This document shows, in pieces, positions 1 through 9,673 of a DNA stretch of 64,000 nucleotides. The stretch spans positions 47,710 to 111,709 of the forward strand of contig CAVYJM010000021.1 in NCBI GenBank assembly GCA_963768855.1, written 5' to 3'. The notes beneath the pieces are model-generated. The model had not been told where the DNA came from and made no database searches. It worked only from the letters and a program-made list of their open reading frames with translations. This stretch comes from an uncultured Thermoplasmata archaeon (lineage in GTDB: Archaea > Thermoplasmatota > Thermoplasmata > RBG-16-68-12). A program made the translations under genes and the position numbers. The first letter of the stretch is position 1, and every line of letters starts with the position of its first letter.

Positions 1-1179
1 AGGGGCGAGATCCGGGTCCATGAGGGAGGGGATCGTGATGTCCAGGAACGGGTCCTCCGAGGGCGCGCCGTATTTCGCGTCGTCGTACGCGTGCTCGAGG
101 TACTCCAGGGAAGGTGCGATCCGGAGATGCGGCGCGACCACGACGTCGTCGCCGGGAACAGACGGAGCGCCGTCCAGGGCGAAGTTCACCTTCGCGACGA
201 CGCCTTCCGTCTGGAAGTGGCGGATGTAGTCGAGGAAGTCCCGGGGTAGCTCCGCGGGGTCGACGAGCCGGAGGAACGTGCGCTTCGGGTCGGCGTTCGA
301 GAGGACGATCGGTGCGAGGAGGATCTCTCCGGAGACGAGCTGGACGCCGCTCGCACGCCCGTCCTTCGTGAGGACCTGCAGGACCTCCGCGTCGGTCCGG
401 ATGACGGCTCCGGATTCCTGGGCGGCGGACGCCAGGAGCCGGGTGAGGTTCCCCATCCCGCCGCGGACGAACCCCCAGCCTGTGCCGTGCACCGCGGGGG
501 CGTAGTGGTGGAGGAGACCGAACGCGGTCTCCGGGGAATACGGGCCGCGGAACGTCCCGGCCAGCGCGTCGACCGCGAGGCTGGCCTTGAGCCGCTCGCC
601 CTCGAACCACTCGTTGAGCACGGCCCGCAGGCTCATGGGCACCATGCGGATCGCCTGGTTCATCACGTCGACCCCGGATCGGCGCAGCTTGAGCCCGCGG
701 CGGAGGAGCGTCAGCTGGTCCACCCATCTCCAATCCGCCACCTCTGGGGGAGGCGCCACGAGGAGCGGGTCGATGATGCTCGCGAGGGTCGTGAGGAGGG
801 AGTGGAACGCGGGGAAGGCGGCGGCGTCGTGCTGCGAGGACGCGGCGATCTCCTGCGCCGAGCGCGCGGGGTCCCGCCAGATCCTCAGTGGCTTCCTTTC
901 CATGCCGAGGACGACGACCTCTGGGTCGATTGGGAGGATCTGCAGACCGCGCTGGGCCAGTCCGAGCTCCTGGACGATTTCAGGTCGCAGGTTTCCGCAG
1001 AGGCTCGCCCCCGGGAGGCCTCGGAACCCCGGATAGAACTCCTCCGTGGTCGCCGCCCCGCCGACGATGGGCCGGCGTTCCAGGACGAGGACGCGGTGCC
1101 CTGCACGAGCCAGGTACGCAGCGGCGACCAGCCCGTTGTGCCCGGCCCCGATGACGATCACATCGTACCCGGAGGGCAC
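1..1179 (-). CDS. Phytoene dehydrogenase/PYROXD2-like FAD-dependent oxidoreductase (3' end runs off the window)
   Basis: Not in the ORF track. Hand translation from GTG at 1179 (SD AGGAGGTGA-CC-GTG) gives VPSGYDVIVIGAGHNGLVAAAYLARAGHRVLVLERRPIVGGAATTEE...GWGFVRGGMG...DPKRTF...HAYDDAKYG. Clear paralog of 1182..2774; frame is open to base 1. Confidence 0.9.
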   Translation of the reverse strand, partial: MPSGYDVIVIGAGHNGLVAAAYLARAGHRVLVLERRPIVGGAATTEEFYPGFRGLPGASLCGNLRPEIVQELGLAQRGLQILPIDPEVVVLGMERKPLRIWRDPARSAQEIAASSQHDAAAFPAFHSLLTTLASIIDPLLVAPPPEVADWRWVDQLTLLRRGLKLRRSGVDVMNQAIRMVPMSLRAVLNEWFEGERLKASLAVDALAGTFRGPYSPETAFGLLHHYAPAVHGTGWGFVRGGMGNLTRLLASAAQESGAVIRTDAEVLQVLTKDGRASGVQLVSGEILLAPIVLSNADPKRTFLRLVDPAELPRDFLDYIRHFQTEGVVAKVNFALDGAPSVPGDDVVVAPHLRIAPSLEYLEHAYDDAKYGAPSEDPFLDITIPSLMDPDLAP

Positions 1180-1181
1180 GG

Positions 1182-2774
1182 TCACCTCCTCCACACGGAC
1201 CAGTCGTTGAGCATCTCCCGCGCGGCGTTGTAGCCCGGGGCGCCCATCACGCCGCCCCCGGGGTGGGCTCCGGAGCCGCAGAGGTACAGCCCCCGGACCG
1301 GGGTGCGGTACTGGGCCCAGCCGGCCACGGGCCGGAGGAAGAACAGCTGATTCGGCGTGAGCTCCCCGTGAAAGATGTTGCCCTCGGTGAGCCCGATTGT
1401 GCGCTCGAGGTCCAGCGGCGTGAGCACCTGCCGTCCCACAATCGCCTTCGGGAGGTTCGGGGCGAACTGGGCGAGCGTCTCGACGACCGTGTCGCCGAGT
1501 TCCTCCCGCTTGTCGTCCCACGTACCGTTCTTCAGATGGTAGGGGGCGTACTGGACGAAGATGGACATGATGTGGTTACCCGGCGGTGCCATGCCCGGGT
1601 CGATCGCGGAGGGCACCATGACGTCCATGTAGGGGTGCTGGGAGAAGTTCCCGTACTTCGCGTCGTCGTACGCCCGCTCGATGTACTCGACGCTCGGGCT
1701 GATTGAGACGGCCCCGTGGAGGTGCGCCCCTTCCCCCGGCAGGCACGTGAAATTCGGCGGCTCCTTGAGCGCGAGGTTCACCTTCGCACTGGACCCTTCG
1801 ATGTTGTACGCCTCGATGCCGCGGACGAAATCCCCCGGGAGGAGGTTGCGGTCGAGCATCTGGAGGAACGTGCGCTTGGGGTCGACGCCCGATGCGATGA
1901 TGTGCGAGGCGATCCGTTCGCCGCTCGCCAGTTCGACGCCGGTCACCCGGCCATCGGCGACGAGGATCTGGCGCACCTCGGCGTTCACGCGGATGTCCGC
2001 GCCGAATCCGCGTGCCGCGGAGGCGATCGACTCGCTGACCATGCCCATGCCGCCCTTCACGAAGCCCCAGGCGCGGAACGCGCCGTCGACTTCTCCCATG
2101 TAGTGGTGGATCAGGACGTACGCGGTCCCGGGAGACCGCGGCCCCAGAAAGGTCCCGATGATCCCGCTCGCGCACATCGTCCCCTTGAGCGCGTCCGTCT
2201 CGAACCATTCATCCAGGTAGTCCGCGCTCGACATCGTCATGAGCCGCGCGAAGGTGTACAGGGTCTCCTGGTCCGCGCTCCGGAACTGGCCGCGGAGCTC
2301 GAGCATCCTCCGCAGGTTCGCGGGGTTCATCGAGCCGAGGTCGGGCGGCGTCATGCCGATCTGCGGCTTGACAAATTTCGCGATCTTGACCATGAGCTGC
2401 CCGAACTTCGGGTACGCCTCCGCGTCACGCTTCGAGAATTTGGAGATCTCCTTGCGGTTCTCCTCCGGATCCGCTCCGCGGAACAGGTAGCGGCCGTCCT
2501 CGAGCGGCGTGAGCGTGGATTCGACCGGGATGATCTGGTAGCCATGGGCTGGAAGGTTCAGGTCCCGGATGATCTCCGGCCGGAGGAGGCTGCAGACGTA
2601 GGAGCAGACCGTGAACTTGAACCCGGGGACGATCTCCTCCGTGACGGCGGCGCCCCCGACCAAGTGGCGGCGCTCGAGCACGAGGACCTTCTTCCCCGCG
2701 CGTCCCAGGTACGCCGCGGTGACGAGTCCGTTGTGGCCTCCGCCGATGACGATCGCATCGTACGCCTGGGCCAT
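1182..2774 (-). CDS. Phytoene dehydrogenase/PYROXD2-like FAD-dependent oxidoreductase
   Basis: MAQAYDAIVIGGGHNG Rossmann motif, ERRxxxGGA, GGMG, C-terminal GLYLCGSGAHPGGGVMGAPGYNAA. Start set at ATG 2774 rather than the ORF-track 2831. Confidence 0.92.
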   Translation of the reverse strand: MAQAYDAIVIGGGHNGLVTAAYLGRAGKKVLVLERRHLVGGAAVTEEIVPGFKFTVCSYVCSLLRPEIIRDLNLPAHGYQIIPVESTLTPLEDGRYLFRGADPEENRKEISKFSKRDAEAYPKFGQLMVKIAKFVKPQIGMTPPDLGSMNPANLRRMLELRGQFRSADQETLYTFARLMTMSSADYLDEWFETDALKGTMCASGIIGTFLGPRSPGTAYVLIHHYMGEVDGAFRAWGFVKGGMGMVSESIASAARGFGADIRVNAEVRQILVADGRVTGVELASGERIASHIIASGVDPKRTFLQMLDRNLLPGDFVRGIEAYNIEGSSAKVNLALKEPPNFTCLPGEGAHLHGAVSISPSVEYIERAYDDAKYGNFSQHPYMDVMVPSAIDPGMAPPGNHIMSIFVQYAPYHLKNGTWDDKREELGDTVVETLAQFAPNLPKAIVGRQVLTPLDLERTIGLTEGNIFHGELTPNQLFFLRPVAGWAQYRTPVRGLYLCGSGAHPGGGVMGAPGYNAAREMLNDWSVWRR

Positions 2775-2828
2775 CCTCGCTCCGCCTCCCGCCGCCGCGA
2801 CCTCGAGCGATTCGGAATGAACGAGTTC

Positions 2829-2885
2829 CATTTAACAATTCGTCTCAAGGGGCTCCGAATTTCGCCGCTCCTAAAGCTTTAACCG
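2829..2885. promoter_or_regulatory. Probable divergent archaeal promoter region
   Basis: AT-rich TATA-like boxes (TTAAAT on the minus strand ~2831-2836; TTTAAC on the plus strand ~2879-2884) in an otherwise GC-rich gap between divergent genes. Confidence 0.45.
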
Positions 2886-2926
2886 AACTCGAGGCTTGCC
2901 CATCCGGCGTCGTCGGGAGGAGAGGC

Positions 2927-4114
2927 ATGCCGCGCGGGACCCCGTTCCACTCGAGGACCTCCGCCCTGTGCGAGAGCTACAGCTGGCGGAACTGGTCTGG
3001 ATACGTGTGCGCGAGCTCGTACCAGCTCGTCCCGGAGATGGAGTACCATGCGATCCGGGGGGCCACGGGACTCCTCGACGTCTCGCCGCTTTTCAAGTAC
3101 CACGTCCGCGGGACGGATGCGTTCCGGCTCTTGAACAAGGTCGTGACGCGGGATCTGGCGAAGTGCCGTCCCCATCAGGTCATGTACACGCCGTGGTGCG
3201 ACGACCGGGGCAAGACGATCGACGACGGGACGGTGTGGAACCTCGGGGATGGCACGTGGCGCCTGACGTCGGCCGAGTCGAACCTCGGGTGGCTCGAGGA
3301 GAACGCGTTCGGGATGAAGGTGGAGATCTCGGACGTGTCGGAGGATATCGCCACGGCGGCCCTCCAGGGACCGACCTCGAAGGCCATCCTGGAAGACGCC
3401 TGCGACGGTGCGGTCGAGGGTCTCCGGTACTACCGCTTCACCGAGACCAAGCTCGATGGCATCCCCGTGACCGTGTCCCGCACCGGGTACACCGGGGATC
3501 TCGGCTACGAGATCTGGACGGAGCGGGAGAACGCCGAGCGGCTGTGGGATGCCCTGATGGCGCACGGGAAGGGGCATGGGATCACGCCCGCAGGGCTCCT
3601 CGCGCTCGACATGGCGCGCATCGAGGCGGGGCTCATCCTCGCCGAGGTGGACTACATGCCCGCGCGGAAGGCGGTGATCGACTCGCAGGCCTATTCCCCG
3701 ATGGAGCTCGGCTTGGACTGGACGGTCGATTGGAGGAAGGAGTCGTTCACGGGCCGAGCCGCGCTCCGGGCCGAGCAGGCTCGCGGGGTGCCGAGGCGGA
3801 TCGTCGGCCTGGAGCTCGACTGGAGTGTTGCGGAGGCGTTCTACCAGAAACTCGGGTTGCCTCCCGAGCCACCGCGCGTCGCGTGGCGATCGAAGATCCC
3901 GGTGTACGGGAGCCTCCGCCAGATCGGCCACGCCACGAGCGGCGTGTGGTCCCCTCTCCTGAAGCGGTATCTGGCCCTGGCCACCGTCGACGCCGCGTAC
4001 GCCTCGCCGGGAACGGTCGTCGACATGGAGGTCACGATCGAGGACGAGCGCAAGCGCGTTCCCGCCGCGGTCGTGCCGCGCCCCTTCTTCGACCCACCGC
4101 GCAAGAAGGCATGA
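2927..4114 (+). CDS. GcvT-family aminomethyltransferase (folate-binding, GcvT/DmdA-like)
   Basis: GLLDVSPLFK, YTPWCDDRGKTIDDG, LQGP, SRTGYTGDLGYEIW, LDMARIEAGL and GHATSG motifs. No GcvH or GcvP gene nearby. Confidence 0.92.
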   Translation: MPRGTPFHSRTSALCESYSWRNWSGYVCASSYQLVPEMEYHAIRGATGLLDVSPLFKYHVRGTDAFRLLNKVVTRDLAKCRPHQVMYTPWCDDRGKTIDDGTVWNLGDGTWRLTSAESNLGWLEENAFGMKVEISDVSEDIATAALQGPTSKAILEDACDGAVEGLRYYRFTETKLDGIPVTVSRTGYTGDLGYEIWTERENAERLWDALMAHGKGHGITPAGLLALDMARIEAGLILAEVDYMPARKAVIDSQAYSPMELGLDWTVDWRKESFTGRAALRAEQARGVPRRIVGLELDWSVAEAFYQKLGLPPEPPRVAWRSKIPVYGSLRQIGHATSGVWSPLLKRYLALATVDAAYASPGTVVDMEVTIEDERKRVPAAVVPRPFFDPPRKKA

Positions 4115-4198
4115 TGGGTCTCGATCTCGGCAATGCATCCCCGTGAGCAGGTCGAGAGCAACGGATTTATCGGATGGACGGTTCTCGGAGCCGGGAGC

Positions 4199-5761
4199 AT
4201 GGTCTCGTACGATGCGATCGTGGTCGGGGCAGGTCACAACGGCCTGGTCGCGGGAGCCTATCTCGCGAAGGCCGGTCTGAGGACGCTCATCCTCGAGCGT
4301 CGCGGAATCGTCGGCGGCGCCTGCGTCACGGAGGAGGTCCTGCCCGGTTTCCGCGTCTCGAGCCTGTCCTACACCTGCGGCCTCTTCCGCCCGGAGATCA
4401 AGGAGGAGCTGCAGCTCGCGAAGTTCGGGCTCGAGGAGCACTCGCACGATCCCGGCCTGTTCCTCCCGTTCCCGGACCGCCGGTACATCATGTGGCGTCC
4501 CGACCCCGCGTGGAACCTCCGCGAAGTCGCGAAGTTCTCCGAGGCGGACGCGACGGCGCTCCCGAGGTACGAAGCGTTCTGGGAGCAGTTCGGGGAGCTC
4601 GTCGAGCCGACGATGCTCGCACCCCCGGTCAGCCTCGCGGACCTCGCCCAGCTCGTCACGACGCCGGAGGCGGAGGACTTCATCCGCAAGACCCTCCTCA
4701 TGTCCGTTCAGGACGTCCTGGACGACTTCTTCGAGTCCGACGAGGTCAAGGTCTCCCTGGGCACGAGCGCGGTCTCCGGCACGCTCGCAGGCCCGCGCAC
4801 CCCTGGCACAGCGTTCGTCCTCGGCCACCACAGCATCGGGACGATCAACGGCGAGAAAGGCGTCTGGGGGTGGGCGAAGGGAGGGATGGGCGGCATCACC
4901 CAGGCGACTGCAAGCGCGGCCCGCCATTTCGGCGCGGAGATCCGAACCCGGGCGGGTGTGGCCCGCGTGCGGATCGAAGACGGGAGGTCCACGGGCGTGG
5001 AACTCGAGGACGGCACGACGATCGAGTCGAAGGTCGTTCTGAGCAACCTCGATCCGAAGCGCACGTTCCTCGGGATCGTCGGGAAGGAACACCTTCCCGC
5101 GGACTTCGTGCACGCGATCGACCGTTACCGCATGGAGCCTTCCTCGTTCAAGCTCAACCTCGCGCTCAAGGACCTGCCCGACTTCTCCGCGATCCCCGGG
5201 ACGAACCTACAGCTCCATCACAAGGGGATCATCGACATCGCCCCGGACCTCGACTACCTGGAGCGAGCCTACGAGGACGCGATCCACGGCCGCTGGTCCA
5301 GGGAGCCCTACATCGAGTTCGTCCTCCAGTCGACGGTCGACCCGACCGTGGCACCGAAGGGGATGCACACCCTGACGGCGTCGTGCAAGTTCGCGCCGTA
5401 CGAACTCGAGGACGGGAGCTGGGACACGGAGGGCGAGAAGTTCGCGGAGGCGATCCTCGACTCCATCGAGGCCTACGCCCCGAACGTCCGCAAGATTATC
5501 CTGGGCCGGAACTGGATTACGCCGCTGGACATGGAGCGGGAGTACGGGCTGACCCGGGGCGACGTCTTTCACGGCGCGATCTTCCCGTACCAGATGTTCT
5601 CCTTCCGGCCTGTGCCGGGGTGGGCGCGTTACCGCACTCCGGTCGAGAGGCTCTACCTCTGCGGCGCGGGGGCCCATCCCGGTGGAGGTGTGCTCGGGGC
5701 GCCGGGCCACAACGCCGCCATGGCGGTCCTCGAGGACTGGCCGAAGTTCTCGTCGCCCTGA
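4199..5761 (+). CDS. Phytoene dehydrogenase/PYROXD2-like FAD-dependent oxidoreductase (third paralog)
   Basis: MVSYDAIVVGAGHNG, GGMG, DPKRTF, LYLCGAGAHPGGGVLGAPGHNAA; start ATG 4199 after GGGAGC. Confidence 0.92.
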   Translation: MVSYDAIVVGAGHNGLVAGAYLAKAGLRTLILERRGIVGGACVTEEVLPGFRVSSLSYTCGLFRPEIKEELQLAKFGLEEHSHDPGLFLPFPDRRYIMWRPDPAWNLREVAKFSEADATALPRYEAFWEQFGELVEPTMLAPPVSLADLAQLVTTPEAEDFIRKTLLMSVQDVLDDFFESDEVKVSLGTSAVSGTLAGPRTPGTAFVLGHHSIGTINGEKGVWGWAKGGMGGITQATASAARHFGAEIRTRAGVARVRIEDGRSTGVELEDGTTIESKVVLSNLDPKRTFLGIVGKEHLPADFVHAIDRYRMEPSSFKLNLALKDLPDFSAIPGTNLQLHHKGIIDIAPDLDYLERAYEDAIHGRWSREPYIEFVLQSTVDPTVAPKGMHTLTASCKFAPYELEDGSWDTEGEKFAEAILDSIEAYAPNVRKIILGRNWITPLDMEREYGLTRGDVFHGAIFPYQMFSFRPVPGWARYRTPVERLYLCGAGAHPGGGVLGAPGHNAAMAVLEDWPKFSSP

Positions 5762-5765
5762 CGAA

Positions 5766-6656
5766 TCAGCGGTCGCGGACCTGCGCGTCGTACGCATTCG
5801 CGAAACCAGCGTCCCCAGCCTCGAGGAAGTTCTTGAGGCAGACGAGGAGGTCCGACCAGCCGCCGCGGTGGTACAGGATTTCCGCCTGCTCTGCCGCACC
5901 GTATCCTGCGCTCGTCACGTAGATCGCGGTCCCGCTCGACTTGGGTTCAAGGGTGAATGTGACGTGGAGGTCGCCCTGCTCCCGGGGCCACCGCAGCACG
6001 AGGCGGTGCGGGGGCTCGAACTCCAGGATTCGGTCCGGACCGTGGTCCCAGCCCATCGAGAACGCTCCGCCCGCACGGGAATCGACTCGGGCCTTGCCGA
6101 GGGGAACGCCCCCGGTCGACCAATGGTCCACCTGCGGGGCGTCCGTGAGGGCCGCGAACAGGTTCTCCTGAGGCACCTCAATGAGGTTGGAGAGGCGTAG
6201 CTCGCGCGAGGCGACGGGCGCATGGTCCGGACGGACGCTGTCGCTCCGGCCCTCCCCGATGGACTTGAGGTTTCCGAGGCACATCCTCCATGCGTCTTGG
6301 ATCGTGCCGCACGTGCTGTCCTTCAACGGGACGCCCAGATGCCGGACCGTGAGCAGCGTGGCCTCCCCGCCCTGATCCTCAAGATCGTACGACACGCGGG
6401 TGGCGTTCCCACGGATCGGCCACGTGAAGGCGAAACGCTTCAGGGTCTCCCCCTCGTCGATCGTGGTCTCCCAGCCGCGGCCCTCGGGCAGGACGAGGCA
6501 CGTCTCCCCGCCGAACTGGAACTTGCCGCCCACCTTGGGTTCGATGCGGCACCAGCCGCAGAACCAGCGGGCCAGATGCTCGATGCGGAGCAGCTTCTCG
6601 AAGACGGTGGCCCGCGGGGCGTGGACCCGCAGGAGGAATTCGTAATCAGTCGTCAT
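5766..6656 (-). CDS. Tandem SRPBCC/AHSA1 (START-like) domain protein
   Basis: Two repeats of the pattern 'VF..L.....L..W ... D.RVGG.F...W ... P.RL...W ... V...LE ... GT.L...H ... GW...L..LK..LE'; start ATG 6656 (MTTDYEFLL). Confidence 0.8.
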   Translation of the reverse strand: MTTDYEFLLRVHAPRATVFEKLLRIEHLARWFCGWCRIEPKVGGKFQFGGETCLVLPEGRGWETTIDEGETLKRFAFTWPIRGNATRVSYDLEDQGGEATLLTVRHLGVPLKDSTCGTIQDAWRMCLGNLKSIGEGRSDSVRPDHAPVASRELRLSNLIEVPQENLFAALTDAPQVDHWSTGGVPLGKARVDSRAGGAFSMGWDHGPDRILEFEPPHRLVLRWPREQGDLHVTFTLEPKSSGTAIYVTSAGYGAAEQAEILYHRGGWSDLLVCLKNFLEAGDAGFANAYDAQVRDR

Positions 6657-6792
6657 CCCGACGCCCCGGCGCAAGGACTCGCGCCGTTTCAACTTGCCTC
6701 CTGTATTTACCGCCCGACCCGAACCTATTTGCCCGTTCCCCGCGTCCCACACATGCTGCTTCGGATCGGCGTGTGCGCAGGAGCGGAAGACG

Positions 6793-7959
6793 ATGGGATA
6801 CCGGTACGCGGTCATCGGCTCGGGCCGCCAGGGGACGGCCGCGGCCTACGACTTCGCGAAGTTCGGCGATGCGGACGACATCGTGATGGGCGACATGGTC
6901 CTCGGGCAGGCGAGGCGCGCGGCCGCGCGGGTGAACAAGCTCGCCGGACGCTCCGTGGCCCGCTCCGCCCAGGCCGACGTCACGAAGCCCGCGACGATCC
7001 TGAAGGTGATCAAAGAGGCGGACGTCCTGCTGAGCGGCGTCCCGTACTTCTTCAACCTGGGCCTCGCGAAACTCGCCTTGAAGGCGAGGGTCTCCATGGT
7101 CGACTTCGGCGGCAACACGGACCTCGTGCGGAAGCAGCTCGCCCTCGACGCGAGCGCGCGCAAGGCGGGGGTCGGGTTCGTCCCCGATTGCGGCATGGGT
7201 CCGGGGCTGAACATCACGATGGGCGTCTACGCGATGGAGCTCCTCGACGTTCCGGAACACATCTACATCTACGACGGGGGTCTGCCGCAGCATCCCCGGC
7301 CACCCTGGAACTACGAGCTCACGTTCAACGTGGAGGGCCTGACGAACGAGTATTTCGGCGACGCCACGTTCATCCGGGACGGGCGGGTCGCCCGGGTCCC
7401 GCTCTTCTCCGAGTTCGAGCTCGTGGACTTCCCGCCCCTCGGGACGCTCGAGGCGGTCGTCACGCCGGGAGGCCTGTCCACCGCCCCGTGGTCCTTCCAG
7501 GGCAAGTTGAAGACGTTCCAAAACAAGACCCTCCGATATCCGGGCCACTGGTCCCAGATGCAGGCATTCCAGGACCTCGGCCTCTTCGAGCTCGACCCGA
7601 TCGAGGTCGACGGCCGCAAGGTCATCCCGCGCCACGTCTTCCACGCGCTGTTCGAACCCAAGGTCACCCCCGAGGAGATCCGGGACGTCTGCGTCGAGCG
7701 CGTGCGTGCCCTCGGCATGAAGGATCAGCACACCGCGGAGGCGGTCGTCGAACTCGTCGACTACTACGACGAGGCCACGGGCTTCACGTCGATGGAGCGG
7801 CTCACCGGCTGGCATGCGGCGATCACGGCGGAGATGATCGCCCGCGGCGTCATCCCGCCCGGGGCGCACTCCGTCGAGCTCGGGATCCCCGCGAAGGCGT
7901 TCGTCCAGGAGGCGCGGAAGCGCGGCCTGAAAATCACGGAGCGCGTGAACGCGGTGTGA
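6793..7959 (+). CDS. Saccharopine dehydrogenase-like / lysine 6-dehydrogenase family NAD(P)-dependent oxidoreductase
   Basis: YAVIGSGRQG, VPYFFN, DCGMGPG, YDGGLPQHP, FNVEGLTNEY, KTLRYPGH, TSMERLTG motifs typical of the Sacchrp_dh family. Confidence 0.85.
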   Translation: MGYRYAVIGSGRQGTAAAYDFAKFGDADDIVMGDMVLGQARRAAARVNKLAGRSVARSAQADVTKPATILKVIKEADVLLSGVPYFFNLGLAKLALKARVSMVDFGGNTDLVRKQLALDASARKAGVGFVPDCGMGPGLNITMGVYAMELLDVPEHIYIYDGGLPQHPRPPWNYELTFNVEGLTNEYFGDATFIRDGRVARVPLFSEFELVDFPPLGTLEAVVTPGGLSTAPWSFQGKLKTFQNKTLRYPGHWSQMQAFQDLGLFELDPIEVDGRKVIPRHVFHALFEPKVTPEEIRDVCVERVRALGMKDQHTAEAVVELVDYYDEATGFTSMERLTGWHAAITAEMIARGVIPPGAHSVELGIPAKAFVQEARKRGLKITERVNAV

Positions 7960-8016
7960 GCCCGGCGCCCTGAGGACACGCACCTTCAAGTATACCGCGG
8001 CCATCGAAGGCGGAAC

Positions 8017-8439
8017 ATGAAGGCCACGAAGGGTCGCAAGGTGGCGGTGCACTACCGCGGCACCCTCGAAGACGGCGAGGAGTTCGACTCCAGCGAAGGC
8101 CGCGAGCCCCTCGAATTCGTCGTGGGGGACGGCGACCTCATCCCCGGGTTCGAGAAGGCGGTCATCGGGATGGAGCCCGGCCAGAGCAAGACGGTCACCC
8201 TGGACGTGGAGGACGCGTACGGTCCCTACGAGGACCAGCTCGTGGTCGAGGGGCCGCGGAATTCATTCCCCGACGGGGAGCTCAAGGTGGGCCAGAGCTA
8301 CACGGTCCATCTTCACGATGGGCAGGAGGCCGTCGGCCGCGTGCTGCGCATCGGGAAGGACGCGGTGGCCCTCGACTTCAACCACCCGCTCGCGGGGAAG
8401 CGGCTCACGTTCCACGTGCGCGTCGTTTCCGTGGCGTAG
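8017..8439 (+). CDS. slyD: FKBP-type peptidyl-prolyl isomerase (SlyD-like, no His-rich tail)
   Basis: VAVHYRGTLEDGEEFDSS, LIPGFEKA, AYG, LDFNHPLAGKRLTF. Confidence 0.92.
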   Translation: MKATKGRKVAVHYRGTLEDGEEFDSSEGREPLEFVVGDGDLIPGFEKAVIGMEPGQSKTVTLDVEDAYGPYEDQLVVEGPRNSFPDGELKVGQSYTVHLHDGQEAVGRVLRIGKDAVALDFNHPLAGKRLTFHVRVVSVA

Positions 8440-9634
8440 CCCGCTTCTTCCGCCCGGGCGCCTTCGTGTACAGGTCCGACCGGCCCGTCATCCGTTCCAT
8501 GTATGCCTTGTCCAGGTCGTACACGAGCGGTTCCTGATTGCTGAACCGTCCTCGGGCCCAGGCGCGGGACCGGACGCCGAGCTGGGTGCGTTCGCACACG
8601 GCCCAGTCCTGGCGGTTGATCTCGTCCCACATGTCGACGGCATCGCTCGGGTCGAAGTCGGGCCTCGCCATGGTCTCCGGTTCGAAGTACCACTCGCACT
8701 CGATCCGCGAGTGGGTCGGGCTCAGGGGCCAGTCGCGGTGAATCATCAGGTAGTCCGGGTGGACGCTGAAGAACATGTTCGGGAAGACGACCCAGTAGTA
8801 GATCCGCTTCCGGTCGTCGTCGGTCATCCCCTTCAGAGGCGGCCGTTTCGTGTAGCCGGACACGGTCATCGAGGTGTAGTCGCCCGCGAAGGTCTGGAAG
8901 CCGCCGTTGATGTAGCCCGGCGTCGTCCCCCGCGCCATCCAGGCGTCGTTGTCCCCGGTGAAGTACGGCGTCACGCGGTTCAGCCCGGGGTGGATTGGGG
9001 CGCAGTGGTAGCACTCCGAGTAGTTCTCCGCGAGGATCTTCCAGTTCGCGTTCACCTCGTACACGTGCTTCGCGCCGAGGCGCAGGTCTGCGATGTCCCA
9101 GCGCTCCGTGCGCGTCAGGAGCGGACCGATCTGGTCCTTGAGGGGTTGCGCCTCCGGGTCCATGTTGGCCCAGATGAAACTGCCCCAGGTCTCCGTCTTG
9201 ACGGGATAGAGCCCGAAGTCCTCCTTGTCGAAGTCCTCGAGCCCGTCCGTATGGGGAGCGCCGACGAGCTTGCCTTCCGTCGAGTACGTCCACGCGTGGT
9301 ACGGGCAGACGATCGAGCGGAGCTTCTCGCCGCGTTCCTCCGTGACGATGCGCGTGCCGCGATGGCGGCAGACGTTGTAGAATCCGCGGACGCGGCTGTC
9401 GTTGCCCCGCACGAAAAGCAGGCTCTCCGTCCCGATGTCCCGCGTGAAGAAGTCGCCGGGGTTCGGGATCTGGGTGACGTGCCCGACGTTGAGCCAATTA
9501 CGGAAGAAGAGCTTCTCCAACTCCTGCTGGAACACCCCCTCGTCGAAGTAGACAGCGCCGGGAGGGGTCCTCGCGGAGAGATGTTCATCTCCGGGTCTGG
9601 CGCGCGGGTTGTCACTGAACCGAACTCGCTCCAT
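8405..9634 (-). CDS. Rieske non-heme iron oxygenase alpha subunit (choline monooxygenase/betaine demethylase-like)
   Basis: Rieske ligands CRHRG and CPYHAWTY; mononuclear Fe motif NWK...ENYSECYHCAPIHPGL; QDWAVCERTQLG near the C-terminus. Confidence 0.92.
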   Translation of the reverse strand: MERVRFSDNPRARPGDEHLSARTPPGAVYFDEGVFQQELEKLFFRNWLNVGHVTQIPNPGDFFTRDIGTESLLFVRGNDSRVRGFYNVCRHRGTRIVTEERGEKLRSIVCPYHAWTYSTEGKLVGAPHTDGLEDFDKEDFGLYPVKTETWGSFIWANMDPEAQPLKDQIGPLLTRTERWDIADLRLGAKHVYEVNANWKILAENYSECYHCAPIHPGLNRVTPYFTGDNDAWMARGTTPGYINGGFQTFAGDYTSMTVSGYTKRPPLKGMTDDDRKRIYYWVVFPNMFFSVHPDYLMIHRDWPLSPTHSRIECEWYFEPETMARPDFDPSDAVDMWDEINRQDWAVCERTQLGVRSRAWARGRFSNQEPLVYDLDKAYMERMTGRSDLYTKAPGRKKRATPRKRRARGT

Positions 9635-9673
9635 AGGACTCCTCTGCTAGAGAGCGGAGGTAAAATTAAGAAC

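Noticed and set aside
2927-4114. Glycine cleavage system T protein (gcvT proper)
   Set aside because: No gcvH/gcvP adjacent, and motifs (DVSPLFK) fit the stand-alone aminomethyltransferase subfamily; symbol withheld.
2879-5113. Long antisense ORFs in the track (e.g. 2879..5113 -, 11527..13017 +, 46620..48977 -, 50234..52018 -)
   Set aside because: Shadow ORFs from high GC3 opposite or out of frame with genes that carry clear motifs; Arg/Pro/Gly-rich with no family signature.
1-5761. Carotenoid biosynthesis (crtI) cluster
   Set aside because: The proteins match the PYROXD2-like subfamily (GGHNG, AYDDAKYG, GAHPGGGV); no crtB, crtE or crtY is present; the neighbours are amine/C1 enzymes.
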